Below are positions 9,707 to 18,939 of a DNA stretch of 62,185 nt, piece after piece; within the stretch, counting starts at the first letter, position 1, and every line of letters begins with the position of its first letter. The position numbers and the translations under genes were made by a program. Under the pieces are notes generated by a model. The model was not told where the DNA came from. It saw only the letters and a list, made by a program, of their open reading frames with translations, and searched no databases. The stretch is from IMG/VR virus record IMGVR_UViG_3300047189_000049, positions 1-62,185 of that record; one strand, written 5' to 3'. The stretch is from a virus (lineage: Duplodnaviria; Caudoviricetes).

Positions 9707-10912
9707 CTATCCGCCCTTCGGCACAGAGATCCACTCGGTCTTGGGGAGGACTCCGCCGCGCTGGACAAAGACCGGCATACGGAAAGTGATGCCGTGATCC
9801 GGGTGTGTAATCCACAGGGCCTGCTGAGCCGGTTCGACGTCGAAGTTGTTGGCGTCGGCGTACTCGTCGTAGCCCTTCAGGGTTCCGTTCACGATGAAAC
9901 GATTCAGGTGGATGTACGAATGCCAGTGGCCGAGCAGCATGACGTCGAAGCTGCGGTCGGTCTGCACGTTGCGCGAGCGCTTCTTCTTGTCGCCACGCGA
10001 AATCGGACCCAGAGCGCCGATCATGCCGTCGCCACCCCGGAATTGGTCACCATGAGTGAGCAAATACCGCGTTCCGTAAACCTTGAAGTAGGCGTCCGGC
10101 CCCTCGGGGATCAGGAACTGCACTCGCTTGTCATTGGCATAGTGCTTCTGCAGCAGCTGGTAGACGAGCCAGTCGAAGTTCGTGTGGTTGCGACGCTTGG
10201 CCCGCGGCTTGCGCGTCGTGCGCCCGTGGTTGCCCGTGACGCACGGCACGAAGACGTGGCCGAACTCCTTGGCGAGCGTGTCGATGCACCAGATCAGCAC
10301 GCCGAGCAGGTCCAGCATCGCTGGGATGCTCTCCAGCTCGTTGGTCTGCGCCAGCTCCTCGTGGATCTCGCCGGAGATCATGTCGCCGCCGAGAATGAAC
10401 ACGATGCCCGGGTAGTTGCCGGACTTCAGGTGATTCTTCAGCAGGTCGATGGCCACCGTGACGAACGAGCGCGCACGCTCGTGGGCGATCTTCAGGTTGT
10501 ACTCGTTGACGCCGCCGATCTCGGCGGGGCGCACGACCTCACCCCAGTGCCAGTCACTGGCGAAGAGCACGGGGACGCCGGCCGTGTCGGTGACGCGCTT
10601 CGGCGGCGTCGCCAGCCACTTCGGCGGCTCCACCGCTTCGGTGGAAATCTTGAGCAGCTCCTTGCGGACGCGCTCGTCGGTGAGGACGTGGGCTTCGAGG
10701 GTCTTGACGTGGGACCGCAGGCTTGCGAGCTCGTGGTCCTTGCCCTTGAGGACGCCGCCGGACTGCTGGATCTTCTGGACGTGGGCGCGGACGGCACTTG
10801 GCGTGCACCCGAGCTTGCGGGCGGCGGCCGGGGCGTTGCGGCCGCATTCGATCCAGACCTTGAAGACATCATCGGAGTCGAGGCCCTTGCGGGCGAAAGA
10901 GTTATTGGACAC
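9707..10912 (-). CDS. Calcineurin-like metallophosphoesterase with N-terminal HTH
   Basis: SDWHWGE, GGDMISG, GNHGR, THGD, GHWH motifs; AARKLGCTPSAVRAHV HTH. Confidence 0.8.
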   Translation of the reverse strand: MSNNSFARKGLDSDDVFKVWIECGRNAPAAARKLGCTPSAVRAHVQKIQQSGGVLKGKDHELASLRSHVKTLEAHVLTDERVRKELLKISTEAVEPPKWLATPPKRVTDTAGVPVLFASDWHWGEVVRPAEIGGVNEYNLKIAHERARSFVTVAIDLLKNHLKSGNYPGIVFILGGDMISGEIHEELAQTNELESIPAMLDLLGVLIWCIDTLAKEFGHVFVPCVTGNHGRTTRKPRAKRRNHTNFDWLVYQLLQKHYANDKRVQFLIPEGPDAYFKVYGTRYLLTHGDQFRGGDGMIGALGPISRGDKKKRSRNVQTDRSFDVMLLGHWHSYIHLNRFIVNGTLKGYDEYADANNFDVEPAQQALWITHPDHGITFRMPVFVQRGGVLPKTEWISVPKGG

Positions 10913-10915
10913 GAG

Positions 10916-11380
10916 TTATTCCTTCTGTGGCAGTGACATGGTGAGGATGGGAGGACAACAGTACGGGTCGATGCGGCAGGCGATCTCGACGGCCTGCTCT
11001 GCGGTGGCGCCCATGTGCATGGCGCCCAGTGCAGCTTTGGCTCCACACCCGATGGCGTGGAAGGGTTCTTCGATCTTCTCGCCGATGCAGTAGGCGTCGT
11101 ACTCCCACAGGCCATCGGCTTGCAGCACGAGGCACGTGAAGTCGTTCTGGCCTTCCTCGGCGAAGATCTTCGGCGGCTTCTTGCCGCTGCCGTACCAGCG
11201 GGCGAACGTGAGAGACGTGGATCCACCGCCGGCCGTGCCGATGATGAAGTCCGTGCCGTCCTTGGTCTTGCCCGGGAACAGCTTCTTGGTGCGGAATTTA
11301 CGGGAACCACCCTCGTTCGTCTGGATGGTGTACTGGGAGTCGGCGGCAATGATGCCGTCCCTCACGCAGATCACGGTCAC
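10916..11380 (-). CDS. HslV/proteasome-beta-like Ntn-hydrolase
   Basis: GTG start gives (M)TVICVRDGIIAADSQ with N-terminal Thr; KKLF, GTAG, AIGCGAKAALGAM, AVEIACRID. Confidence 0.7.
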   Translation of the reverse strand: MTVICVRDGIIAADSQYTIQTNEGGSRKFRTKKLFPGKTKDGTDFIIGTAGGGSTSLTFARWYGSGKKPPKIFAEEGQNDFTCLVLQADGLWEYDAYCIGEKIEEPFHAIGCGAKAALGAMHMGATAEQAVEIACRIDPYCCPPILTMSLPQKE

Positions 11381-11382
11381 CG

Positions 11383-11619
11383 TCAGACTCCACTGGGGGC
11401 GTTGGCGTCTTCCTTGACCGTGTGCGCGGACTTTCCGCCGTTGCCGATGTAGGCGACGCCGGCCGTCACGAGCACCGTCACCGCGGAGGCGAACTCCGGC
11501 GTCACCGGGACCTTGAAGAGCCCGAGAATGTAGATGACGATGAAAGCTAGAGAGCCGGCGATGCCGCCGATGGCGGTGGACTGCGACGGCGTATACGAAT
11601 TCTGATCTGCCATGGTCAC
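11383..11619 (-). CDS. Putative holin (2 TM)
   Basis: Two hydrophobic segments; adjacent to lysin-like gene. Confidence 0.55.
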   Translation of the reverse strand: MTMADQNSYTPSQSTAIGGIAGSLAFIVIYILGLFKVPVTPEFASAVTVLVTAGVAYIGNGGKSAHTVKEDANAPSGV

Positions 11620-12026
11620 TCCTGCGCGAGTCTGAGGGCCTCTTGATACTGCGCGGCGGTGAACGGGTCCTGCCCTTGCTCATGGTGAACCATGGCGGGC
11701 GCCACAACCGGCAGGTCGGAGATCGACACTACAGCGGCCGGCGGGATATCGCAACGCGTACACACATCCTTCACATAGGCGTCGGTGTCGTTCTCGCTTG
11801 GCGGCGCCCAGCGATTCAGAATGGTTGGAATCGTATGGATGTCTTTTTTGAGGTAATTCAACAGGATACGGAATCCGGCGCGCAGACCGCCGGCAACGGC
11901 GTCGTCGAATTTGACGAAACTCGGATCGGGCTGGTCCGCGCTCTGCCCGCGCCACACCGTCTTGCCGTCGTGCTCGATGTTGAAGGGGTTGTTGAGGCGC
12001 AGCCCCAGCGGGAGTTCCTTGATCAT
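11616..12026 (-). CDS. Putative endolysin (lysozyme-like NNPxNI family)
   Basis: GLRLNNPFNI, FVKF, NRWAPPSENDTDAY, HHEQG. Confidence 0.65.
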   Translation of the reverse strand: MIKELPLGLRLNNPFNIEHDGKTVWRGQSADQPDPSFVKFDDAVAGGLRAGFRILLNYLKKDIHTIPTILNRWAPPSENDTDAYVKDVCTRCDIPPAAVVSISDLPVVAPAMVHHEQGQDPFTAAQYQEALRLAQE

Positions 12027-12029
12027 GGC

Positions 12030-14408
12030 CTACCTCGACGCCGTGCTTTGCAGGATGTACGTGGCGTCGTTCGCCGAGCGTCCGCGCGCGGCGTTGATGG
12101 CCTCCAGATTCTTCAGGCGCTGCGTCATGGCCTTGTTCTGCTTGCGCAGCTCCTGTACCTCGGCCATGAGGATCACCGTCATGCGGTCGTACTGGACGCC
12201 GTCAGGGACCTTGACGCCTGCCATCGTCGTGTACTGCACGAGCCGCGGCTCGACTTCGTCGACTTCCTCGGCGATGAATCCGAAGTGCACCTCCTTCGGG
12301 TCGTCCGCGGCCGCCTTCGAGCGGTACGTGATCGGCCGCAGCTTGTCGATGGCGCGTTCGGCCACGTCCAGCGGCATGGTGTGCACGTCCTGTTTGTAGC
12401 GGATGCTCGACGTCGAGCGCAGCAGGTTGTTGCCAGCCGCGTTATCGAGGAAGGCATTGGCGGCTGAAGCTGTCGTGCTGACGGACGGGAAGGTCACGGC
12501 ACCTGCCGTACTGATAGACATGCGCGAGGCACCCGCGGTGTTGTCATAAATGTCGAAAGTTGTGGCGGAAGTGACCGCGCCAATTCGATATTCCTTGGCA
12601 GAAGCGTTGCTTTGAAAGCCAAGAGTTGCGCCCTGTCCTGCTCCCGCTGAAATATACTGTCCTACTGCTGCACTGGCTGAGTTGACAGTCAGCGCAGTGC
12701 CGCTGCCCGGCGCATTGATCGTGACGTTGCCGGTTCCAGAGGCAGAAAGGCGCGTGGATCCACCGGTAACCAGATTGAGTGCGGTCGCCGTAGATGGTCC
12801 GAAGCTGGAAAACTTGGAAGCCGCCCCCGCTTGCGAGATAGAAAACACGAGATTTGCATCCGTGTTATTCGTCATGGCGAAAAACGCCTCGGAGCCAGAC
12901 CCTGACGTAGAGTTGATTACATTAACGGCTGTGCCCCCCGTCACACCCCCGATTTGCAGGGTGTTCCCGCTCGACGGGGCCAGCATCACCCAATTACCTG
13001 CGGAATTCAACGTGCCGCGCTGCGTGCTCGCGGTGCTCCAGCCGAGCGTGTTGGCAGCCGGCAGATAGTCGCCGTTCACTGGCACCGTCGAGCCCGATGG
13101 GATCAGTGCGGCGCCAGTTACGTTTCCGTTCGCCACAAGGTTCGCCGTGGCGTCGAGCGTCATGCGCGCGGCCGAGTTCGTGGCCCAACCCAGAGTATTG
13201 GCGGCAGACAGATACATGCCGTTGGTCGGCGCGGACGCGCTACTCGGGACGAATGCGGCAGCCGTCAGCGTGCCGGTGCCGAGGAACTGATAGGCCGGGT
13301 TGTCGGTGGCGTTGCCGAAGTTCAGCGTCGACCACGCAGCCCCTGTGCGCGTCGAGGAAAGCAGGTTCGTCGTCACGGCGCCGGCGTCGGTCACGCTCGA
13401 CACGGTGAGCGTACCGCCAGCGTTGTTGACGTTCGTGGTCTTGGCGTTCAGCGCGGCCGCGCTGTCCGTCAGCAGGATACCCTTCGTCGGCGTCGCGGCG
13501 GTCAGCGTGACCGGGTTGCCGGAGAAGGTGTGCGCGCCGGTCCACGTCGGCACGATGGCCTGACTGAGCGCGGGCGCCGCATCACTGCGCATTGCGGTCG
13601 TGGCAGAGCCATTCACAGCCGTCAGGCCGAGCGTCGCAGTCGGATTGGCGAACCCTGTGAACGACCCGGGAAGCGTCGCCCACGTGGCCGCGGCGCCGGC
13701 GCCGGCAGACTGTAGGAACTGTCCCGAGCTACCCGTGGCGCCGCCCACGATGAACGTGCCAGTGCTGTTGATCAGCAGGCGCGACACCGGCGTGTTGGAG
13801 GCCGCCGGCGTCGTCTGGAAGTCGATGGCGCCCGGCAGTACACCAGCGCTCGGCGTACCGTCAGCCTGAAAGTGGATGTGCGCGCCCCACGTGTAGCCCG
13901 TGCCGTCGTATCCGGCGGCTCCGATCTGCAGAAGGCTGTCTCCATTCACGACAGTGGTAGGCGCGCTGATCGTGCCGCGCGCCCGCACGCCATAGAACAG
14001 CGAGCCGGCGCTGGCCGGAGACGTGACGAACGAGTGCAGCTCGATATTGCCCTGAATATTCGAGTTGGACGCGAACGACGGCACGGCAAGCGCCACGCCG
14101 CTGATCGTCATGGCACCCAAAGATCCCACGCTGAACGTGCCCGGAGTAGTCGACGCCCCGAGATTCAGGATGTTCGACCCAGAATTCCACGTGAAGTTGC
14201 CAGACGCCCCCATCACGCCTGAGTTGTTGTACTGGACCTGCGTGTTCGCGCCAGCGGCGGGGATGTCCGTGCCCGTAGCCGTGGTCGTCTGGTACGTGCC
14301 AGTGCTGCCCTTGAGCACGCCGTTGGCGGGCCCGAAGAGGTTGTAGACCTGCGCTTGGGAAGTTGCGCAGAACAGTAGCGTGGCTACGATGCCGAGGATT
14401 TTCTTCAT
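12030..14408 (-). CDS. Fibre/adhesin-like protein with C-terminal S74 chaperone and N-terminal signal-peptide-like segment
   Basis: ATG 14408 overlaps upstream TGA; MKKILGIVATLLFCATSQA; T/S/G/A-rich beta repeats; TSSIRYKQDV..LRPITY..GFIAEEV..VQYDR and coiled coil. Confidence 0.75.
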   Translation of the reverse strand: MKKILGIVATLLFCATSQAQVYNLFGPANGVLKGSTGTYQTTTATGTDIPAAGANTQVQYNNSGVMGASGNFTWNSGSNILNLGASTTPGTFSVGSLGAMTISGVALAVPSFASNSNIQGNIELHSFVTSPASAGSLFYGVRARGTISAPTTVVNGDSLLQIGAAGYDGTGYTWGAHIHFQADGTPSAGVLPGAIDFQTTPAASNTPVSRLLINSTGTFIVGGATGSSGQFLQSAGAGAAATWATLPGSFTGFANPTATLGLTAVNGSATTAMRSDAAPALSQAIVPTWTGAHTFSGNPVTLTAATPTKGILLTDSAAALNAKTTNVNNAGGTLTVSSVTDAGAVTTNLLSSTRTGAAWSTLNFGNATDNPAYQFLGTGTLTAAAFVPSSASAPTNGMYLSAANTLGWATNSAARMTLDATANLVANGNVTGAALIPSGSTVPVNGDYLPAANTLGWSTASTQRGTLNSAGNWVMLAPSSGNTLQIGGVTGGTAVNVINSTSGSGSEAFFAMTNNTDANLVFSISQAGAASKFSSFGPSTATALNLVTGGSTRLSASGTGNVTINAPGSGTALTVNSASAAVGQYISAGAGQGATLGFQSNASAKEYRIGAVTSATTFDIYDNTAGASRMSISTAGAVTFPSVSTTASAANAFLDNAAGNNLLRSTSSIRYKQDVHTMPLDVAERAIDKLRPITYRSKAAADDPKEVHFGFIAEEVDEVEPRLVQYTTMAGVKVPDGVQYDRMTVILMAEVQELRKQNKAMTQRLKNLEAINAARGRSANDATYILQSTASR

Positions 14409-14878
14409 CACAGGATCACCCACTTGTTGACGCCAGAGAGGCCGCCGTAGTAGCAGCAGAAGACGGTGTTGCCGGGAGGCACGCCGTAGTTCGCCGCGCC
14501 ATAGAACTGGTTGTTGGTCGAGGAGCCGCCTGCCAGCACGTTCAGCGTGAGCATGTTCGCGGCGTCGGCGTTCGTGATCGCCAGCAGCTGGGCGTCGTTG
14601 CCCAGCGTGAGGCCTGTCAGGGTCAGCGGGCCGGCGGGCAGCGTCACCCACAGGCGTCCGACGGTCGACGCGAAGCCCGGCGGGAACGCGTTGTTCAGCG
14701 TGCCGGTCGGCCCCACGTACGACAGGAATGACCCGATGGGGGTCACGCTGCCCTGAATCAGGGTGGCGAGCTGCGCGGCGGTGATGCGCTTGGAGACGTT
14801 CCCCTGCACCACCTCCATGAGCTCTTGGCCGGTCAGCGTAACCGCCGCCGGCATGTTGGGGATGGTGATGTTCGCCAT
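14408..14878 (-). CDS. Tail-fibre-associated protein
   Basis: ITIPNMPAAVTLTGQELMEVVQG..SKRIT, typical fibre N-terminal motif. Confidence 0.55.
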   Translation of the reverse strand: MANITIPNMPAAVTLTGQELMEVVQGNVSKRITAAQLATLIQGSVTPIGSFLSYVGPTGTLNNAFPPGFASTVGRLWVTLPAGPLTLTGLTLGNDAQLLAITNADAANMLTLNVLAGGSSTNNQFYGAANYGVPPGNTVFCCYYGGLSGVNKWVIL

Positions 14879-14881
14879 GGG

Positions 14882-15619
14882 CTAGCCCCCGATCTGCGGG
14901 ATCTGCGAGTAGTTGAGCGGGACGCCCACGTTGGCCGTCACGATGCGCGCCCCAGACTGTAGCAGGGACTGCGCCGGCAGCACAGGCTGGATGTCGTAGG
15001 TGAAGAGCGTGGCGGTCACCACGGTGACGTTGAAGCCGCCGTTGGCCTGCGGCTTGGTCATGCCGTCCACGACGACCTGCGCGCCCGTGGCGAGCCCGTG
15101 GGGCGTCGGCGTGGTCACGCGCACCGAGACGGTCGCCCCGTCGGTCGTGACCGACGTCAGGGGCAGGGAGACGCCGTAATGGACGCCCTGCTGCAGGGGC
15201 ATGACGCCGGCAGCGGCGATACCCGGCGGGCTCCCCGTGGGGCTCGTGGTGATGCTCTGGCCGGCTGGCGTCACGATCTGCACCGACGGCGGGACCGGGA
15301 TGCCCGTGACCGGATCATTGACCGGTATCGCTGCTGCAGTGCGGTAATCTGTCTCCGCCGCGGCGAAGTCCTGCACGCGCGCGTTGATGATCGGCATGGG
15401 GTCGGCCGGCACGACGATGCTGCGGATGTTCTCCTGCGGCCTGTCGAGGCACGTCCGGCACACGAGGATGCGGATGTTCTGCAGCGTGGCGCCGCGCCAC
15501 TCCATCTGCCATTGCAGGTCGACGAAGTTGTACCGGCAGCCGCAGCGGTCGCAGATCGCGTGCGCTTGCGGTGCCGAAGGATTGGTGCGGGCGCGCCCGG
15601 CTCGGGAGGCGTAGCTCAT
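14882..15619 (-). CDS. Virion protein with CxxC...CxxC zinc motif and C-terminal beta domain
   Basis: AICDRCG...LVCRTCLD; TPHGLATGAQVVV. Confidence 0.6.
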   Translation of the reverse strand: MSYASRAGRARTNPSAPQAHAICDRCGCRYNFVDLQWQMEWRGATLQNIRILVCRTCLDRPQENIRSIVVPADPMPIINARVQDFAAAETDYRTAAAIPVNDPVTGIPVPPSVQIVTPAGQSITTSPTGSPPGIAAAGVMPLQQGVHYGVSLPLTSVTTDGATVSVRVTTPTPHGLATGAQVVVDGMTKPQANGGFNVTVVTATLFTYDIQPVLPAQSLLQSGARIVTANVGVPLNYSQIPQIGG

Positions 15620-15621
15620 GG

Positions 15622-16311
15622 CTACGTCCTCCAGTAGCTGGCCAGCTGTGGGCTGATGTAAAACTGAGAATTCTCAATGTTCTGGCTCGCCGCGATCTGG
15701 TAGGCCTCGTCGGCGAGCGCCTTGATGCCAGTCGCGCGCTCCGGCGCCCAGATCAGCGACAGGCGCTGAGCGAGGCCGTAGGTGAACGCCTCAAGGAAGT
15801 AGTACGGGATCTCGACCTGCTGGCCGCCCGTGAAGTTCGCGTCCTGCACCTGCCGCACGCGGTAGTAGCTGAAGCTCGCCACGCTGCCGTCCGGCACCGG
15901 CCACAGCGTGACGGTGGGCGCCAGCAGGCGGTCCATCCAGTACGTCGTGGGGAAGCCCTGCTGCGCCGGGTTCGGGTACGCCGCGTACTCGCTGCGCGAG
16001 ATCGGCATGATCAGGCGGTTCACGTTCGAGCCGCCGCCCGTCGCCGTCACGTAGGCGTCGAGCATGACGATTGTCTCTGGCGGCACGCTGTACGACGCCT
16101 GCCCCTGCACGAGCGCGACCGTCTGCAGGTCGACGGCCCACAGGTTCACGCCCTGCGAGCTCCAGCGCCCGAGCAGCATGTTCGCGGCCATGCGCGCGCT
16201 CTCCATGTGCTCTTGGAGCAGCGCGGTGCCGCGGATGCCGCACATGTTGAAGGCGTACAGCGTCGCCTCGCCGAGCGAGGGGTTGAAGTTGTACGTGCCC
16301 GATGTGGCCAT
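15622..16311 (-). CDS. Head-tail connector/adaptor
   Basis: MATSGTYNF, WSSQGVNLW, ISRSEY..PNP..QGFP, LWPVPD, IPYYFLEA. Confidence 0.65.
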   Translation of the reverse strand: MATSGTYNFNPSLGEATLYAFNMCGIRGTALLQEHMESARMAANMLLGRWSSQGVNLWAVDLQTVALVQGQASYSVPPETIVMLDAYVTATGGGSNVNRLIMPISRSEYAAYPNPAQQGFPTTYWMDRLLAPTVTLWPVPDGSVASFSYYRVRQVQDANFTGGQQVEIPYYFLEAFTYGLAQRLSLIWAPERATGIKALADEAYQIAASQNIENSQFYISPQLASYWRT

Positions 16312-16314
16312 GTC

Positions 16315-16968
16315 TTACTTCGGGACCGAGCTGGCCTGCTGCAGGGTGGCCGTCACGGTGCCCGTGCCGCTGTTCAGCAGCACGCGGATGAAGACCGGAA
16401 CGTACGTGTAGCTCGACTGGATGTTGCCCGTCGCGGCAACCGCGGCGGCGTCTCCACTGTTGATCCACGTCATGTTGGCGGGCAGTACCGGGTTCGTCGG
16501 CGAGTTCGGGTCGTCGAGGGTCTGCTGCAGCGTGTAGTTCACCGTGCCGGACGCGGCCAGCATGGCGGCGATGGACGGCGCTGCCCAGCCATCCATGCGC
16601 GCCCACGGAGAGCCTGCGACACCGTTCGTGCCGACCTGAATCGCGCCCGTGGCGGCCGCGGAGATCGTCACTGACGTCACGGTCTTGTAGTCGAGCACCG
16701 AGGCCACGGTGCCGATGCCCGTGCCCGCGATGGTCTCGGAGATGACGTTGCCGGCCCAGTCGGTGCCGGTGACGACGAAGTTGTGGCCTACTTCGCTCGC
16801 CGCGAAGGTCAGCAGGACGCGACGCGGCTTGTCGAGCACCGCGACTCCGGCGACCACCGAGGCGCCGTTCAGTGTGAAAGCGCCGGCGCCGCCCGGCGTC
16901 TGCGAGAGCGCGATGGCGTTTGCGGACGCTGCAGCCAGAGGGCCGACGGAAATGACGATTGGGTTCAC
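16315..16968 (-). CDS. Virion structural protein
   Basis: Beta-rich sequence in head-completion block; AGGAG RBS. Confidence 0.6.
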   Translation of the reverse strand: MNPIVISVGPLAAASANAIALSQTPGGAGAFTLNGASVVAGVAVLDKPRRVLLTFAASEVGHNFVVTGTDWAGNVISETIAGTGIGTVASVLDYKTVTSVTISAAATGAIQVGTNGVAGSPWARMDGWAAPSIAAMLAASGTVNYTLQQTLDDPNSPTNPVLPANMTWINSGDAAAVAATGNIQSSYTYVPVFIRVLLNSGTGTVTATLQQASSVPK

Positions 16969-17000
16969 GAGACTCTCCTGCTACCTATGCGTTCACAAGC

Positions 17001-17030
17001 AAAAACGGGGGCGCGACGGCCCCCGTTTTT
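17001..17030. terminator. Bidirectional intrinsic terminator
   Basis: AAAAACGGGGGC-gcgacg-GCCCCCGTTTTT perfect inverted repeat. Confidence 0.8.
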
Positions 17031-17057
17031 CAAGCGCGGGCCCTTTCGGGATCGCGA

Positions 17058-17393
17058 CTAGCGAATCTCTTCGCTTTCCAGCTTCCGGCCCGGCGCATGC
17101 GTGCCGTGCCGTGCGCTGGTGAACGGAGCCTTGTCCGAGCCCGTGCGGCCGCCGCTCTTGCGCGGCTTGTGGCCGGCATGATGCGCGCCGTGCTTGCCGT
17201 GCGGCTTGCCGACGTGCTTCTTCATGCGACCGCCGTGCTTGCGCTCACCGCGGGTCTCCTCGGCTTCCGAGTCGACCTTCTTCGCGTTCGTGCGCGGCTC
17301 CGGCTTCGTCGCCAGATCCATCGCCGACTCGTCGACGCCGTGCATGTTGCTCTTGTGCGCGATGCCGCCGCCCGTTGCCTTCTTGCCCTTCAT
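17058..17393 (-). CDS. Small basic internal virion protein with GG tags
   Basis: KATGG, RKHGG, RKSGG; K/H/G-rich. Confidence 0.6.
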   Translation of the reverse strand: MKGKKATGGGIAHKSNMHGVDESAMDLATKPEPRTNAKKVDSEAEETRGERKHGGRMKKHVGKPHGKHGAHHAGHKPRKSGGRTGSDKAPFTSARHGTHAPGRKLESEEIR

Positions 17394-17451
17394 CTCCGTC
17401 TCCCGTTGCAGGGCTTCGCCCCGCAGTGAATGTTACGCGCTACGCGCCGAA

Positions 17452-17964
17452 TCAGGTGTACTGACCGGCGGCGTACAGGTTGAAGCCCTGAATGTACTCG
17501 ACCAGCAGCTGCGCCGTGCCCGTGCCGGTGCCGCTCGAGGTGACAACCAGCTGCACATCAATCGTACTGCCGACGTTGTTCCAGTTGCCGACCTGCGTCG
17601 CGCCGCCCGAGCCCACGCCCGGGTTCACGATGTACTGGCCGACCACGAGACTGGCATTCGGGATCACATTCGCGTAGGCAGTAGCCGACACTGTGTTTCC
17701 GATGTTCAGCGTGGCAGCCGCGCTCCATGCCGCGCCGATGTTCAGGCTGATGCTCAGGATCTGGCTTCCCGCCGGCAGCACGATGGGGGTCGTCAGACCG
17801 CCAGTCGTATTCGCCTGCGTGATTGGCGTGCTCTGGATCAGCTGCGTGAAACCGACGTTCTGCGTGCCGCCCGTTGCCGAGCCCGCGCCGGCCAGCGTGC
17901 CGCTGCCGTCGCTCTGCAGTACGTTGCCCGCGAGCAGCGGACCCGTAAAGACTGATGCACCCAT
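17452..17964 (-). CDS. Capsid decoration/minor head protein
   Basis: FTGPL N-terminus, LPAGSQI; directly after capsid gene. Confidence 0.55.
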   Translation of the reverse strand: MGASVFTGPLLAGNVLQSDGSGTLAGAGSATGGTQNVGFTQLIQSTPITQANTTGGLTTPIVLPAGSQILSISLNIGAAWSAAATLNIGNTVSATAYANVIPNASLVVGQYIVNPGVGSGGATQVGNWNNVGSTIDVQLVVTSSGTGTGTAQLLVEYIQGFNLYAAGQYT

Positions 17965-18011
17965 GTGTTTCTCCTGTTCAGAGAGGGCCGGCTCTCACCG
18001 GCCCCCAGTCC

Positions 18012-18926
18012 TTACGACGTCGGGAAGGTCGCCCAGATCGCGCGCCAGTTGAAGTAGTTGAACGAGAACCGCTCGTACCCCTTCACCAGCAGGTTGTCCG
18101 TGACGAAGTCCACCTGCATGTCCGTCTCGAAGGCGACGCGCTTCATGAACGCGAGGCCGTTGATGTTGGTCAGCAGGAACCACGCGAACTGCGAGGTCAG
18201 GAAGTCGTTGACCATGTAGCCTTCCGGCAGACCGCCAGCGGTCGTCAGGATGGCGTTCACGTCGTTGTCGGCCGTACCCGGGCGCAGGTCCGTCTTCGTC
18301 AGACGGATCGCCACCGGCTCCAGCTGCGGGGGCACGATCAGCTTCCGGGCGCGGGCGAAGACCTTCAGGCCCGCCTGATCCTTGAAGTTCGTGCGGACCG
18401 CGATCATGCCGTTCAGCAGGGTCGCCTCGTTCAGGTCGACCTCGGTGGAGGGCTTGTTCGCGACCGTGCCGCCGTCGATGGGGTGCGAGGTGCTGCACAG
18501 GGCAACGCCGTCACCACCGATGGCCGAGCTGTACGTGGTGGCCGTGTTGAGCACGTTCGCCGCGTAGATCTCCTTCGTCTGCTGGAAGCTCTCGATGAGG
18601 CCCAGATTCGACGGGTGAAACTGCGTTTTGTACAGGTTGTCGTCGATGGCCTTGCGCGTGATGGCATAGCCCAGCGCGAGCTCGATGTGCTCCTGATTGT
18701 AGACGTAGCGCTCGCCGGCGTTATTGTCGAACGACGTCTGCGCACCTTCCGTCTTCAGCTGCGCGAGCCCGAGGTACCGCATTTCGGCGGTACGTTCGAG
18801 AGCGAGCTTGCTGTCGTACTTCGTGAAGATCTTGTCGTACTGAGACGGGATCATCTCGTACTTGCCTTCGATGCCACGAAGCCCGGGCAGCAGAAGGTCC
18901 TTGATGGCTGAAAGATTGACGGCCAT
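18012..18926 (-). CDS. Major capsid protein (HK97 fold, Mu gpT-like family)
   Basis: IKDLLLPGL, KTEGA, ALGYAITRKAIDDNLY, GGDGVALCSTSHP, KLIVPP, ERFSF..NWRAIW. Confidence 0.85.
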   Translation of the reverse strand: MAVNLSAIKDLLLPGLRGIEGKYEMIPSQYDKIFTKYDSKLALERTAEMRYLGLAQLKTEGAQTSFDNNAGERYVYNQEHIELALGYAITRKAIDDNLYKTQFHPSNLGLIESFQQTKEIYAANVLNTATTYSSAIGGDGVALCSTSHPIDGGTVANKPSTEVDLNEATLLNGMIAVRTNFKDQAGLKVFARARKLIVPPQLEPVAIRLTKTDLRPGTADNDVNAILTTAGGLPEGYMVNDFLTSQFAWFLLTNINGLAFMKRVAFETDMQVDFVTDNLLVKGYERFSFNYFNWRAIWATFPTS

Positions 18927-18939
18927 GGCTAGTTACCCC

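Noticed and set aside
9707-9721. C-terminal PKGG of the phosphoesterase as a ubiquitin-like conjugation tail
   Set aside because: Single instance, no E1/E2 or beta-grasp protein seen; probably chance
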